A DNA stretch of 62,557 nt, the filler included. It is 9 parts of 9 records of this genome, joined end to end, with 100 filler letters (N's around TTAATTAATTAA, not from the genome) between each part and the next. Parts side by side here need not be neighbours in the genome. Positions count along the whole stretch, not along the records: positions 1 to 5,991 come from SRR31156797_38423; positions 6,092 to 11,712 come from SRR31156797_38442; 7 more parts are not named here. The stretch is one strand, 5' to 3'. The translations under genes were made by a program, and so were the position numbers. Each line of letters starts with the position of its first letter. Position 1 is the first letter of the stretch. Below are positions 1 to 9,112 of this stretch, one piece after another. The notes beneath the pieces were generated by a model. That model did no database searches. It saw nothing but the letters and a program-made list of their open reading frames with translations, and was not told the origin of the DNA.

Positions 1-1
1 A

Positions 2-394
2 CTTTATCAAGCTGACTGGTTACTTAGGTTCTATGGCTTCAAAGCTGATGAAATATTAACTGATGCAAATCCATTTTTAGATGAAAAATTTGATCCAAAG
101 GTTAATTGGGCGTTAAATAATCTTGATCTCTTTCCTGTTGAAATAACGACTGCTTCTAAAGAGATGTTGCTAAGGATACCCGGAATAGGTCCTACATCAG
201 TTTATAAAATACTTAAGTATAGGAATAATTCTATTCTTGATTTTGCCTGCCTGAAAAAAATGGGAATAGTTTTGAAGAGAGCAAAATTTTTTATAACAAT
301 TAAACATAAATATTTAAGTAGTTTTTTTCTTGATAAAGAGTTTTTATCAAGAACTTTAGCAGAGAAAAAGAGTGCTCAATTAAGACTCTATTAA
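2..394 (+). CDS. Putative DNA modification/repair radical SAM protein (TIGR03916-like), C-terminal part, 5'-truncated
   Basis: Frame is open from base 2: LYQADWLLRFYGF...DPK..WAL...LLRIPGIG (helix-hairpin-helix). Its usual TIGR03915 partner follows. Confidence 0.85.
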   Translation, partial: LYQADWLLRFYGFKADEILTDANPFLDEKFDPKVNWALNNLDLFPVEITTASKEMLLRIPGIGPTSVYKILKYRNNSILDFACLKKMGIVLKRAKFFITIKHKYLSSFFLDKEFLSRTLAEKKSAQLRLY

Positions 395-422
395 ATCAAT
401 AAAAAAATATTTAGGAGTAAAT

Positions 423-1175
423 ATGTGTTACTATTACGACAAAACCTTTTTAGGTTTTTTATCACTTGTATTTGAAATTTTCAAAAATAGAAATTGGGAT
501 GTTATGATCCTGAGGGAAAATCAAAATTCTCTTTTTCAAGGAGAATTAATAGAAACAAATCATGAAAATGCAAGCAGAGTGTATAAGAAGTTACTAAAAA
601 TTATTGGAAAAAATAATCTTCGCCTTATGTATAACAGCTTTCTAAGTGAAGAAACAAACATTGAGTTAACTCTGCTGGGTTATATTAGGCAGGCTCTAAA
701 ATATGGCTATTCATTACCTAAGCATTTTACACCTGAAGTTGTAAGAGTGGAGAAATTATCAAGAAGAGTGAGTTTTGAAGCTCATAGGTTTATGGGACTT
801 GTGAGATTTAGAAAACTTATGGATGATACCTACATTTCGGTGATCAATCCTGATAATGATATTCTGCCTCTTATAGTGGATCACTTTACAAATAGATTTT
901 CGGATCAAAAATTCGTAATCTATGATGAGAACAGAAAGAGAGCTATACTCTATGACTCAGCAAGTAAGCAGGCGAGAATCAAGGAAATATTTGACTTTGA
1001 TAAGAGATTACTTGATATGAATAATTTTGAACTTATGCATATAGAGGAGAAAGAATATATATCATTGTGGAAAAAGTTTTTCGAAAGTATTGCAATAGAA
1101 GATAGAAAAAATCCAAAATTGCAGAAAAGTTTCATGCCTGAAAAGTATTGGAAGAATTTAGTGGAGCTAGATTAA
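423..1175 (+). CDS. TIGR03915/DUF4130 putative DNA repair protein
   Basis: YDKTFLGFLS start, EAHRFMGLVRF, HFTNRFSDQKFVIYD, C-terminal RKNPKLQKSFMPEKYWKNLVE; AGGAG RBS. Confidence 0.88.
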   Translation: MCYYYDKTFLGFLSLVFEIFKNRNWDVMILRENQNSLFQGELIETNHENASRVYKKLLKIIGKNNLRLMYNSFLSEETNIELTLLGYIRQALKYGYSLPKHFTPEVVRVEKLSRRVSFEAHRFMGLVRFRKLMDDTYISVINPDNDILPLIVDHFTNRFSDQKFVIYDENRKRAILYDSASKQARIKEIFDFDKRLLDMNNFELMHIEEKEYISLWKKFFESIAIEDRKNPKLQKSFMPEKYWKNLVELD

Positions 1176-1219
1176 GTTTAGTATTTTTTATATATGAGAA
1201 ATAACCATGCTAAATATTG

Positions 1220-1263
1220 AAACCTTGTCTAATATCAAACTGTTATTAGACAAGGTTTTTTTT
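1220..1263 (+). terminator. Intrinsic terminator
   Basis: AAACCTTGTCTAATA / TATTAGACAAGGTTT stem followed by a T run. Confidence 0.8.
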
Positions 1264-1344
1264 GATGTTATTAGTTGTTTTTTCTAAATAAAGATGGTAA
1301 TATAATGAGCAGTAACTAGTAATAAACTAGGAATAAAGAAGGTG

Positions 1345-2532
1345 ATGAGTATATTTACTAACTATTATAATAAAACAGAAGTTCTTTATAGGCTAGAACC
1401 AGGTATTCAGATAGAGGAAAAATGGAAAGAAATAATGAAAATTAGAAAAGAAAACTCAATTACGTTACCTTTATTAGACCAAGAAAATAGAAATCTTTTT
1501 ATAGTTTTAACTGAAGAACTTAAAAAGAATATAGTTGCAATTGATGAGGCGACAAATCAAGTCCCTTACGACAAAATTGATCCAGAGATAAGAAGCTCAG
1601 TGATATTCGAAGTTTTAATAGATGAAGCATACAAATCAAGTTTGATAGAAGGAGCACATACAACAAAAAAGAAAACTAAAAAAATGATAGAAAATAAATT
1701 AGAACCAAAAGATAAAAGTGAGAAAATGGTTTTGAATAATTACAATGCTTTAAAATATGTAATGGAAAATAAAAATAATCCAATAAATGAAAAAACCATT
1801 TTAGAAATTTATAAAATAATTATTAATGAAACTCTATCAGATGAAGAAAAATGTGAAAAATATAGAATTGATCAAAATGAAGTTTTAAATCAAATAAATG
1901 AAGTAATTTATACCCCTCCAAAAGCAGAAGATGTTCAATGGATGATGAATGACTTAATAAAGTTTTTATATAATGACGACGAGAAAATTCATCCAGTATT
2001 AAAAGCAATATTATTTCAATATTACTTTGTATATATTCACCCTTTTCATGATGGAAATGGTAGAACCGCTCGAGCTTTAACTTATATGTATTTAATCCAA
2101 AACGGCTACTCTTTTTTTCAATATTTTTCAATATCTAGTATGATTGCAGATGCAAGAGCCGGTTATTACAAATCAATTAAAGATGGGGAAGATTATGAGA
2201 GTGATACGACATATTTTGCTTTGTTCTACTCTAAGATGATGATAAATAGTATCATGAAGATGCACGGAGATTTCCTGAGAGAACATGCAAGAGATGCACT
2301 CAACAGAGAGATTCAAAACAGGGGAATTTTATTAAATAAACGTCAAGAAAAAGCAATAAATTTTATGTTAAAATACTCAAATTCTTTGAATATAAATACA
2401 TATATAAAAAAAATAAGTAAAGTAGCTCAAGAAACTGCTAGGAAAGATTTAAATGAGTTAGTTGAGTATCAACTAGTGCAGAAAGAACAGAATGGAAGAA
2501 AACACATTTACACATTAAAAAATATGTTTTAA
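1345..2532 (+). CDS. Fic family protein (class II) with C-terminal winged HTH
   Basis: Canonical HPFHDGNGRTAR motif, N-terminal inhibitory SSLIEG, C-terminal ETARKDLNELV HTH. Confidence 0.92.
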   Translation: MSIFTNYYNKTEVLYRLEPGIQIEEKWKEIMKIRKENSITLPLLDQENRNLFIVLTEELKKNIVAIDEATNQVPYDKIDPEIRSSVIFEVLIDEAYKSSLIEGAHTTKKKTKKMIENKLEPKDKSEKMVLNNYNALKYVMENKNNPINEKTILEIYKIIINETLSDEEKCEKYRIDQNEVLNQINEVIYTPPKAEDVQWMMNDLIKFLYNDDEKIHPVLKAILFQYYFVYIHPFHDGNGRTARALTYMYLIQNGYSFFQYFSISSMIADARAGYYKSIKDGEDYESDTTYFALFYSKMMINSIMKMHGDFLREHARDALNREIQNRGILLNKRQEKAINFMLKYSNSLNINTYIKKISKVAQETARKDLNELVEYQLVQKEQNGRKHIYTLKNMF

Positions 2533-2658
2533 TAATTTATATAGTAAATATTTTTAGTAGTAAAAATAAATTGAAAAAAGAAAACAACTTTATAAAACTT
2601 ATGAATAATTATATTTTTAAGTGAGCATAAAAACAAAAGAATGACAGGAGGATTATAG

Positions 2659-2898
2659 ATGAAAAAAGTTACGTGTAAGCAGATAGGTGGAGCATGCGAT
2701 CATGAGTTTCATGTAAATACATTTGAGGAGTTAGCGGAAGCTAGTAGAGCACACGCTATGGAGATGTTTATGGCAGGAGATCAGGCACATATAGATGCTA
2801 TGGAGAAAATGAAACACCTAATGACTGACCCTGAAGCTATGCAAAAATGGATGACTGAGAAGAAAGCTGAATTTGATGCATTACCTGACGAAGAATAA
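2659..2898 (+). CDS. DUF1059-like small protein
   Basis: MKKVTCKQIGGACD...H pattern; AGGAGG RBS. Confidence 0.7.
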   Translation: MKKVTCKQIGGACDHEFHVNTFEELAEASRAHAMEMFMAGDQAHIDAMEKMKHLMTDPEAMQKWMTEKKAEFDALPDEE

Positions 2899-2902
2899 GA
2901 GT

Positions 2903-2948
2903 AAATTATAAAAATCGAGTCTTAAAACGGACTCGATTTTTATAATTT
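2903..2948. terminator. Bidirectional intrinsic terminator
   Basis: AAATTATAAAAATCGAGTC / GACTCGATTTTTATAATTT inverted repeat between convergent genes. Confidence 0.85.
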
Positions 2949-3850
2949 TATATATTTTTAATAAAGTTAGCAATAGTTTCAATATAGTCGTCTCTATTTT
3001 TCAGGAAGGACTCAGTATGATCTCCCACATCAAATAATTTAATCTCTCTTTTTCCCTTATAGCTTGGAGCATTGTATAGTTGCCTTGTCATCTTGTATGG
3101 AATATATTTATCACCCTTTGATTGTATTAGTAAGACATTGTTTTTAATTTTCTGAATAGCCTTTAACGGACTTACTTCCATCATCAAAAAGTGTCCTCTG
3201 ATTTTTGTAAAAATACTTCCAGTAATAATAAATGGATATCTAGGCAAATTATTTTCGACTTTTAGCCTAAAAGCCACCTGATCGTTAAATTTTGAAAACG
3301 GACAATCAGCTATATAAAAATCTACGTCATTATAGAATCCACCATATAGCAGTATCGTAGCAGCTCCCATAGATACACCATGAAGTCCTAATTTGTCTAC
3401 TTTGAACTTTTCTTTTACTCTCTCTACGATTTTATGTAAATCGTCTTTTTCTCTAATACCATAAGTTGTGTATTTACCTTTATCTTTATTTTCGCCATGC
3501 CTTCTGTGATCATATATTAGACAGTTAAAGCCCAAATTTTTCAGCACTTCAATATATTTAACCGAACCATATTTTGTATCAGTTACCCCATGACAGAATA
3601 TTATGTAATTATTGCTAGGCTCTTTAGTTCTATAAAGATCAACATTCAGCTCATATCCATATTGAGATATGACTTCTAATTTATCAGGTATAAGCTTCTT
3701 AAATTCATCTTCATTAACATAAGGAAAGTTTTTAACGCCATCATTATATGTTTTTTCGATACTATTAACCTGAACTCTAAGTAAACGTTCGGAAATATAA
3801 TATCCCACACTAAAAATTACAATCAAAATAACTAATATAAAATATATCAT
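2948..3850 (-). CDS. Membrane-anchored alpha/beta hydrolase
   Basis: N-terminal TM segment, CHG oxyanion motif, GVSMG nucleophile elbow, Asp (GDKYIP) and His (GDH). Confidence 0.88.
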   Translation of the reverse strand: MIYFILVILIVIFSVGYYISERLLRVQVNSIEKTYNDGVKNFPYVNEDEFKKLIPDKLEVISQYGYELNVDLYRTKEPSNNYIIFCHGVTDTKYGSVKYIEVLKNLGFNCLIYDHRRHGENKDKGKYTTYGIREKDDLHKIVERVKEKFKVDKLGLHGVSMGAATILLYGGFYNDVDFYIADCPFSKFNDQVAFRLKVENNLPRYPFIITGSIFTKIRGHFLMMEVSPLKAIQKIKNNVLLIQSKGDKYIPYKMTRQLYNAPSYKGKREIKLFDVGDHTESFLKNRDDYIETIANFIKNI

Positions 3851-4077
3851 GTTTCACCTCTTAAATTTTTTATGATCTGCTTGTTAATTATATTACCATC
3901 ATTAATATAATTAATCAAATTAATTTATAGAAATAAAGATCATCATCAAAGTGAAATATAAGAATCAAAGAGGAGTCATGAATTTAAATTTGAGACTCCT
4001 TTTGAATTATTTTAGATATCTAATAATAAATATAAAAACACTCTGAAATTTATATTAAATTCTCAGAGTGTCTAATT

Positions 4078-4539
4078 TTAAGATAATTTAGGTGGAAATA
4101 TTTTAAGAAAAATCGCTCTTGCTGCAGGTCCTACAATTAATAAATTAAGTAAAAGTGCAAAAGGAAAATTTCTAATCCACATTTTTCCATAGTGAAATAA
4201 AAAATGATTTCCGTAATACCCGTGAGCAATAGTTGAAATAAATGACATACATGATGCCATTCCAAATACCATAAAAAATGTCATTATTAATATTTTTTTA
4301 ATAACAGGATCATTTTTTCGAAGAAATTTACCTATAAATGACTTAACCAATTTACTTATGATAAACCAATCAATCAAAAATGCAACTATACAGATTGGGA
4401 AAAACATTATAAGAGTTTTAAATATATTAATCCTATGAATCCCTTCATCTAATATGCCGTTATACCAAGTCATGATAAATACCATTAAAATGCAAGTTAT
4501 TGCTGAAAATACAAAATTTTCAAATTTGTTGCTACCCAT
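4078..4539 (-). CDS. DUF2798-like membrane protein
   Basis: Four hydrophobic segments, WIRNFPFALLLNLLIVGP; start at ATG 4539 after AGGAGG. Confidence 0.75.
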   Translation of the reverse strand: MGSNKFENFVFSAITCILMVFIMTWYNGILDEGIHRINIFKTLIMFFPICIVAFLIDWFIISKLVKSFIGKFLRKNDPVIKKILIMTFFMVFGMASCMSFISTIAHGYYGNHFLFHYGKMWIRNFPFALLLNLLIVGPAARAIFLKIFPPKLS

Positions 4540-4564
4540 TCTACCTCCTTCTAATCTTCGAAAC

Positions 4565-4646
4565 GTCAACTAAGTTGACAAAAGTATAACATAGAGCTCT
4601 TAAAATGTCAACTAGATTGACAAATGGTGTGGGAAAAAGTTATAAT
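4565..4646. promoter_or_regulatory. Divergent sigma70 promoters with two palindromic operators (likely MarR)
   Basis: GTCAAC-N3-GTTGAC at 4565-4579 and GTCAAC-N3-ATTGAC at 4607-4621. Minus strand TTGACA-17-TATACT; plus strand TTGACA-18-TATAAT. Confidence 0.75.
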
Positions 4647-4738
4647 TGATTAAGAATAATTAAGGAGTTTTGCTTAACTTGATTTTTGTTAATTTGATGT
4701 TATGCAAAACTCTTAATCAAACAAAGTGGGTGACGTTA

Positions 4739-5170
4739 ATGAAAAAATATATAGAATCTCTTAATTTGATAGATTTGATAAGTGAAAAGCATAAAATTTT
4801 GAGAATAAAAGTGCTTGAAAAATATGAGGAGATAAATATATTGAAATTACCTGAAAAGAGCAACTATCTAATATCAATTCTTAGTATGGGTGAATTAAGT
4901 ATTTCAGAAAGTGCAAGGCAAGTAAATATTTCCAGGCAAGCAGTACATAAATTTTCTAAGGAATTACATGTAATGGGATTGATAGATATTAAACAAGTTG
5001 AGAATAATAAAAGAGATAAATTTCTATCTTTGACTGAAAAAGGGAAAGAGCTTTTTGAGGAACTAAACAGTATAAAGCTTGAGTTTGAAAAAGAGATAGA
5101 GAGTTTAATTGGAAGTGAAAAAGTTTTACTTTTAAAGCAATTATTAAAAGAGATAGAAATAGAGTCTTAA
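4739..5170 (+). CDS. MarR family transcriptional regulator
   Basis: SISESARQVNISRQAVHK HTH and NKRDKFLSLTEKG wing. Confidence 0.88.
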   Translation: MKKYIESLNLIDLISEKHKILRIKVLEKYEEINILKLPEKSNYLISILSMGELSISESARQVNISRQAVHKFSKELHVMGLIDIKQVENNKRDKFLSLTEKGKELFEELNSIKLEFEKEIESLIGSEKVLLLKQLLKEIEIES

Positions 5171-5216
5171 ATTTTTTATTATTATCATGTGATAAGAACT
5201 CTGGACTGCAGTTAAT

Positions 5217-5948
5217 TTAGATATCTTGTTTTTCCTGGACTTTATGAAAAGCATCCTCAATCTGGCTTAAAAGATTTTCTGCAGATGGAATATTTTTTGG
5301 TATCATAAAGTATAAATCTACGTTAAAAAGAGTTGAGTATTTCAAATTTGGCTCTGCATGGTTTTCTAAATATATATCCCCTGTTTTTTTATAGTCAAGA
5401 TAATATTCGAATCCTCTATTTTTAAGCATTTGGACAGCTTGGTCAAATGATTCGACTTCGCAATACTCTATACAATTATTGGGTTTTAAAATATAATTTA
5501 TTAACCCTCCGTAAGTGTATCCCCTAATAATTAAAACTTTTTTATCAACTAATTCATCTTTTTTAGTTATTGCAGGTTGATCACCAAAATAGTAACTACG
5601 GAGCTCTAAAGTAACAGGGCTGAATTTACTATGAATGACTGATTCATTAAATCCTTCAAAGGCTGGACTAAGCGCTCCAAGATAAACATCAATTTTACCA
5701 TTAATCAAATCATTATATAGTCTTTTAGTGGGTTTTGGTTTCCAAATAGGATCAAACCCAGCATTAGATAAAATGTCTGTCATTAAATCTCCTAAAATTC
5801 CCTTTACGTTTTGTCCTTCAACAGTATAGTATGGAGGAGCATAACTAGCTCCAACTTTTATTTTAGACGAATAAGAGTTATAAAATGATGTTAACAAAAA
5901 TGAAGCAAATAACATTTTTAATTTTACACTATTTTTGATTTTAAACAT
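5217..5948 (-). CDS. Family 3-like extracellular solute-binding protein
   Basis: Signal peptide, YAPPY, PTKRLYNDLINGKIDV, RGYTYG. Confidence 0.75.
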   Translation of the reverse strand: MFKIKNSVKLKMLFASFLLTSFYNSYSSKIKVGASYAPPYYTVEGQNVKGILGDLMTDILSNAGFDPIWKPKPTKRLYNDLINGKIDVYLGALSPAFEGFNESVIHSKFSPVTLELRSYYFGDQPAITKKDELVDKKVLIIRGYTYGGLINYILKPNNCIEYCEVESFDQAVQMLKNRGFEYYLDYKKTGDIYLENHAEPNLKYSTLFNVDLYFMIPKNIPSAENLLSQIEDAFHKVQEKQDI

Positions 5949-5991
5949 TGTTGAATCTCCCTTTTAATCGTGATTGAGTTTAATTCTCCGC

Positions 5992-6091
5992 NNNNNNNNN
6001 NNNNNNNNNNNNNNNNNNNNNNNNNNNNNNNNNNNTTAATTAATTAANNNNNNNNNNNNNNNNNNNNNNNNNNNNNNNNNNNNNNNNNNNN
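5992..6091. other. Artificial contig spacer (also at 11713-11812, 17557-17656, 24985-25084, 30612-30711, 36264-36363, 42370-42469, 55762-55861)
   Basis: Identical 44N-TTAATTAATTAA-44N (stops in all six frames). Genes are cut at most junctions and composition often changes abruptly. Confidence 0.98.
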
Positions 6092-7326
6092 ATGTCATTG
6101 GTGATCACGCCCGAGGACAAGCCGTAAATCGTGTCGTTGGCCGCTTCGAGAGCTTCTTTTTCATCCTTGACGGAAATAATCGGGGCTACGGGACCAAAGG
6201 TTTCCTCCCTGAAAATGCGCATGTCCCGGGTTATGCCCGACAGCACGGTGGGGTGATAGAAACGTCCCTCATACATGCCGCCGGACAATACCTTGGCGCC
6301 TTTTTCCAGGGCGTCCTGGACGTGGGCATGGACAGTGGCGACCTGGTCGTCATTGATCAAGGGGCCGATTATGGTTGTAGGTTGGGCCGGGTCTCCGACG
6401 GTCAGGGTTTTGGCTTTGGCCGCCAGTTTTTCAGCGAATTCATCGACGATCGACTCTTCAACAATGATTCTCTCGACGGACATGCAGATCTGGCCCTGGT
6501 GCATAAAGGCGCCGAATGCGGCCGCATTGACGGCATAGTCGACGTCCGCGTCGCCCAGAATGACGAGTGGGTCCTTACCGCCCAGTTCAAGGGTGAATTT
6601 CTTTAAATTCGCCCCGGCTTTTTCCCCGATCTTTTTGCCGGTGCCGGTCTCGCCCGTAAAGGAGATCAGCGAGGACCGTGGATCTTGGATGAGCTTGTCG
6701 CCCAAAACCCCACCGGGTCCCGTAAGAACGTTGAGAACGCCCGGCGGCAGCCCGGCCGCCTCAAAAATTTCGGCGATTTTCAATCCGATGACCGGGGTTT
6801 CGCTGGCCGGTTTTAAAATCACTGTATTGCCCGCGGCCAAGGCGTAAGACACTTTGTTGCAGGACAGGAGAAGTGGGAAGTTCCAGGGGGAGATGGCCAC
6901 CACCGTTCCCAAGGGCCGATAGATCGTCATGGACAGCTTGTTGTGTTCCGACGGGAAGGTCTCTCCCAGAATCCGGCGGCAGTCTTCGCCGGCCGTGTGG
7001 AGAAGGCCGGACACGTACCCCGTTTCGAACATGGCCTTGCCGAACATGGCCCCGCCCTCGCCGATCAGAACTCCCGCCAGTTCTTTCTGCCTCTCAAGCA
7101 CCAGAGCCGAAGCCTTATACAGTACTTTGGCCCTCTCGGTCGGCGGAGTCCCGGCCCACACCGCGCGGGAGCTATAGGCCGCGGCCAAAGCTCGGTCGGC
7201 GTCTTCCGCGTTCGCTTTGGGCAGGGTGGCGAATACATCACCCGTGGCAGGGTTTATGTCGTCGAAGGTTTCGCCTGAAACCGATTTCACCCATTCGCCA
7301 CCGATGTACATGCTGTATTCACTCAT
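6092..7326 (-). CDS. Aldehyde dehydrogenase, benzaldehyde/vanillin dehydrogenase-like, 3'-truncated
   Basis: SPWNFP, FTGETGTG, LELGGK (catalytic Glu), GQICMS (catalytic Cys), EETFGP. Confidence 0.88.
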
Positions 7327-7376
7327 AGAAAAACCTCCTTAGTCTTAATGGTTAATTTTTTGGTTAACGTGGAACT

Positions 7377-8165
7377 TTAAACATGCCCGTGCATATTGCA
7401 CATAATATGTTGGAACATACCGCCGTCGCAGGGGATGTTCGCTCCTCTTATCCATCCGCTGCCTTCGCCGCACAAAAATGCTACTACCGGCGCGATATCT
7501 TCCGGTCGCCCGGGGCGATCCATTACCTTCATATCCTCCTCGGCCCTTGCGCCAAGGGTTTTAAGGAAATCCGGCAAGATCGGCGTTTCGACCGGGCCGG
7601 GGCTGATGCAATTCATCCGAATGCCCCTATCCCGCCAAGTCCAGCGGTTCATCATGGTCCAAACAATCAGAGTTTCTTTGGAGAAGAAATAGGAGCGGCC
7701 GCCTTCATTCCCAATCCCGTTTTCGTTACAAAACTCCTCAAACGCTTGAAAATCTCTCACCCCTAAAAAAGCCTTGATCTGGTCACCTGCCTCGGGCCAG
7801 CCTGCCCCGGCCAGAGATGCAATATTCACGATAGAGGCGTTATCGTTGAGCTTGTCTATCATTTGTTCGGTGAAATGCCTTAATCCGAGGAAATTGACCT
7901 TCAGGACAAGCACCCGATCCTTTGTAGGAGGCAGACCGGCAATATTGCACAGTGCATCGATTCCCTTCGGGATCAAATCAACCGCCGCTTCAATCGAGGC
8001 CGGGTCGGAAAGATCGGCTTGGATATACTGATCTACATTTTCTTGCGGTTCGTTGATGTCAACACCGATGACCGTAGCCCCCAAGGCTTTAAGAGTTTTT
8101 GCTGTTTCGGCCCCGATACCGGAGGCGACGCCAGTTACCACGATTTTCTTTTTATCTAAATTCAT
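7377..8165 (-). CDS. calA: Coniferyl-alcohol dehydrogenase-like SDR
   Basis: TGVASGIG, NIAGLPP, SYFFSKE active site, SPGPVETPIL.DF; AAGGAG RBS before ATG 8165. Confidence 0.78.
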   Translation of the reverse strand: MNLDKKKIVVTGVASGIGAETAKTLKALGATVIGVDINEPQENVDQYIQADLSDPASIEAAVDLIPKGIDALCNIAGLPPTKDRVLVLKVNFLGLRHFTEQMIDKLNDNASIVNIASLAGAGWPEAGDQIKAFLGVRDFQAFEEFCNENGIGNEGGRSYFFSKETLIVWTMMNRWTWRDRGIRMNCISPGPVETPILPDFLKTLGARAEEDMKVMDRPGRPEDIAPVVAFLCGEGSGWIRGANIPCDGGMFQHIMCNMHGHV

Positions 8166-8373
8166 TTGCCCGCTCCTTTCCATTGCCCGGTTTTGGATTG
8201 TTTTATAGGATTAATTTTTTGCAGTGGTTTACACGAAAACCCACCCTTACTTATCCTCCCTATGTTTCACCTGTTTACATTGATATTGTGGAAATGGATC
8301 TTCACCACTATTATGCCTGTCACGTAGCGACCTGCGAAACCGGCTTGGCAACTTCATTCCAGACGTAAAAACG

Positions 8374-8413
8374 AAAAAAGCCTCCCCTGCCCTTCTTTAG
8401 GCAAAGGAGGCTT
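8374..8413 (-). terminator. Intrinsic terminator in the operon leader (attenuator)
   Basis: Minus strand AAGCCTCCTTTGCC-loop-GGCAGGGGAGGCTT then TTTT. Its 5' arm overlaps ANTAR hairpin P2. Confidence 0.85.
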
Positions 8414-8441
8414 CGTTACCTCAAAAATGCATCTTTACATT
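8407..8441 (-). ncRNA. ANTAR-binding dual stem-loop RNA element
   Basis: P1 AAUGU-AAAGAU-GCAUU (8426-8441) and P2 GAGGU-AACGAA-GCCUC (8407-8422). Both are hexaloops with A1 and G4, and the ANTAR gene is adjacent. Confidence 0.85.
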
Positions 8442-8450
8442 GTAAATACT

Positions 8451-8479
8451 AGTTTACGAACGAGTGGATGTCCTGTCAA
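8451..8479 (-). promoter_or_regulatory. Sigma70 promoter
   Basis: TTGACA (8474-8479), 17 bp, TAAACT (8451-8456), directly upstream of P1. Confidence 0.8.
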
Positions 8480-8542
8480 GATAAAAAAAAAGTTTCCAAT
8501 ATCAGGGGATGGACATATGCGGGCATGCCACTGCCCATTTCC

Positions 8543-9103
8543 TCATAGCATCAGGATGACGGCCTCCGCGACCTCCTTCATCGACTTGTTTTTGTCCATG
8601 CTGATTTTTTGCAGCCGGCGATAGGCCTGGGCTTCCGTAAGGTTTTCCCGGCTCATCAGCAGGCCTTTGGCTTTCTCGATCAGCTTGCGGTTTTCCAATT
8701 CTTCCTTCAATCTCGCGACCTTCCGAGTCAGTTTCGACTTCTTGATAAAGTGGTCTACGGCCATTTCTATGGCAGGAGGGATGTCGCTTTCGCGAAAGGG
8801 CTTCGAGATATAGGCCATTACTCCGGCATCTCGGGCTTCCTCGATCAGGTGTCGTTCAGTAAACGCGGTCAGGATAATCACCGGAAGATTGTTCGAGACT
8901 TGCTTGGCGACGCTGAGGCCGTCCATTTTTGGCATCTTGATATCCAGTATGGCCGCATCTGGCTGGACCCGCTTGACCAGATTGAGAGCCTGGAAGCCGT
9001 CTTCAGCTTCGGCCGCCACGGTGTAGCCTAGTTCTTCGAGCATTTCCCTCAGATCGTTTCTCTGCAGGGGCTCATCATCGGCAATTAAAAGCCTGAAACC
9101 CAT
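8543..9103 (-). CDS. ANTAR-domain response regulator (EutV/PdtaR-like)
   Basis: REC domain (IADD, LDIKMP, SKP) plus ANTAR RKLIEKAKGLLM...EAQAYRRLQKISMD. Confidence 0.93.
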   Translation of the reverse strand: MGFRLLIADDEPLQRNDLREMLEELGYTVAAEAEDGFQALNLVKRVQPDAAILDIKMPKMDGLSVAKQVSNNLPVIILTAFTERHLIEEARDAGVMAYISKPFRESDIPPAIEMAVDHFIKKSKLTRKVARLKEELENRKLIEKAKGLLMSRENLTEAQAYRRLQKISMDKNKSMKEVAEAVILML

Positions 9104-9112
9104 AATCCACCT

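Noticed and set aside
5992-6091. Recurring TTAATTAATTAA flanked by Ns as a biological repeat
   Set aside because: It is an assembly or concatenation spacer. ORF tails such as X..LIN are artefacts of it.
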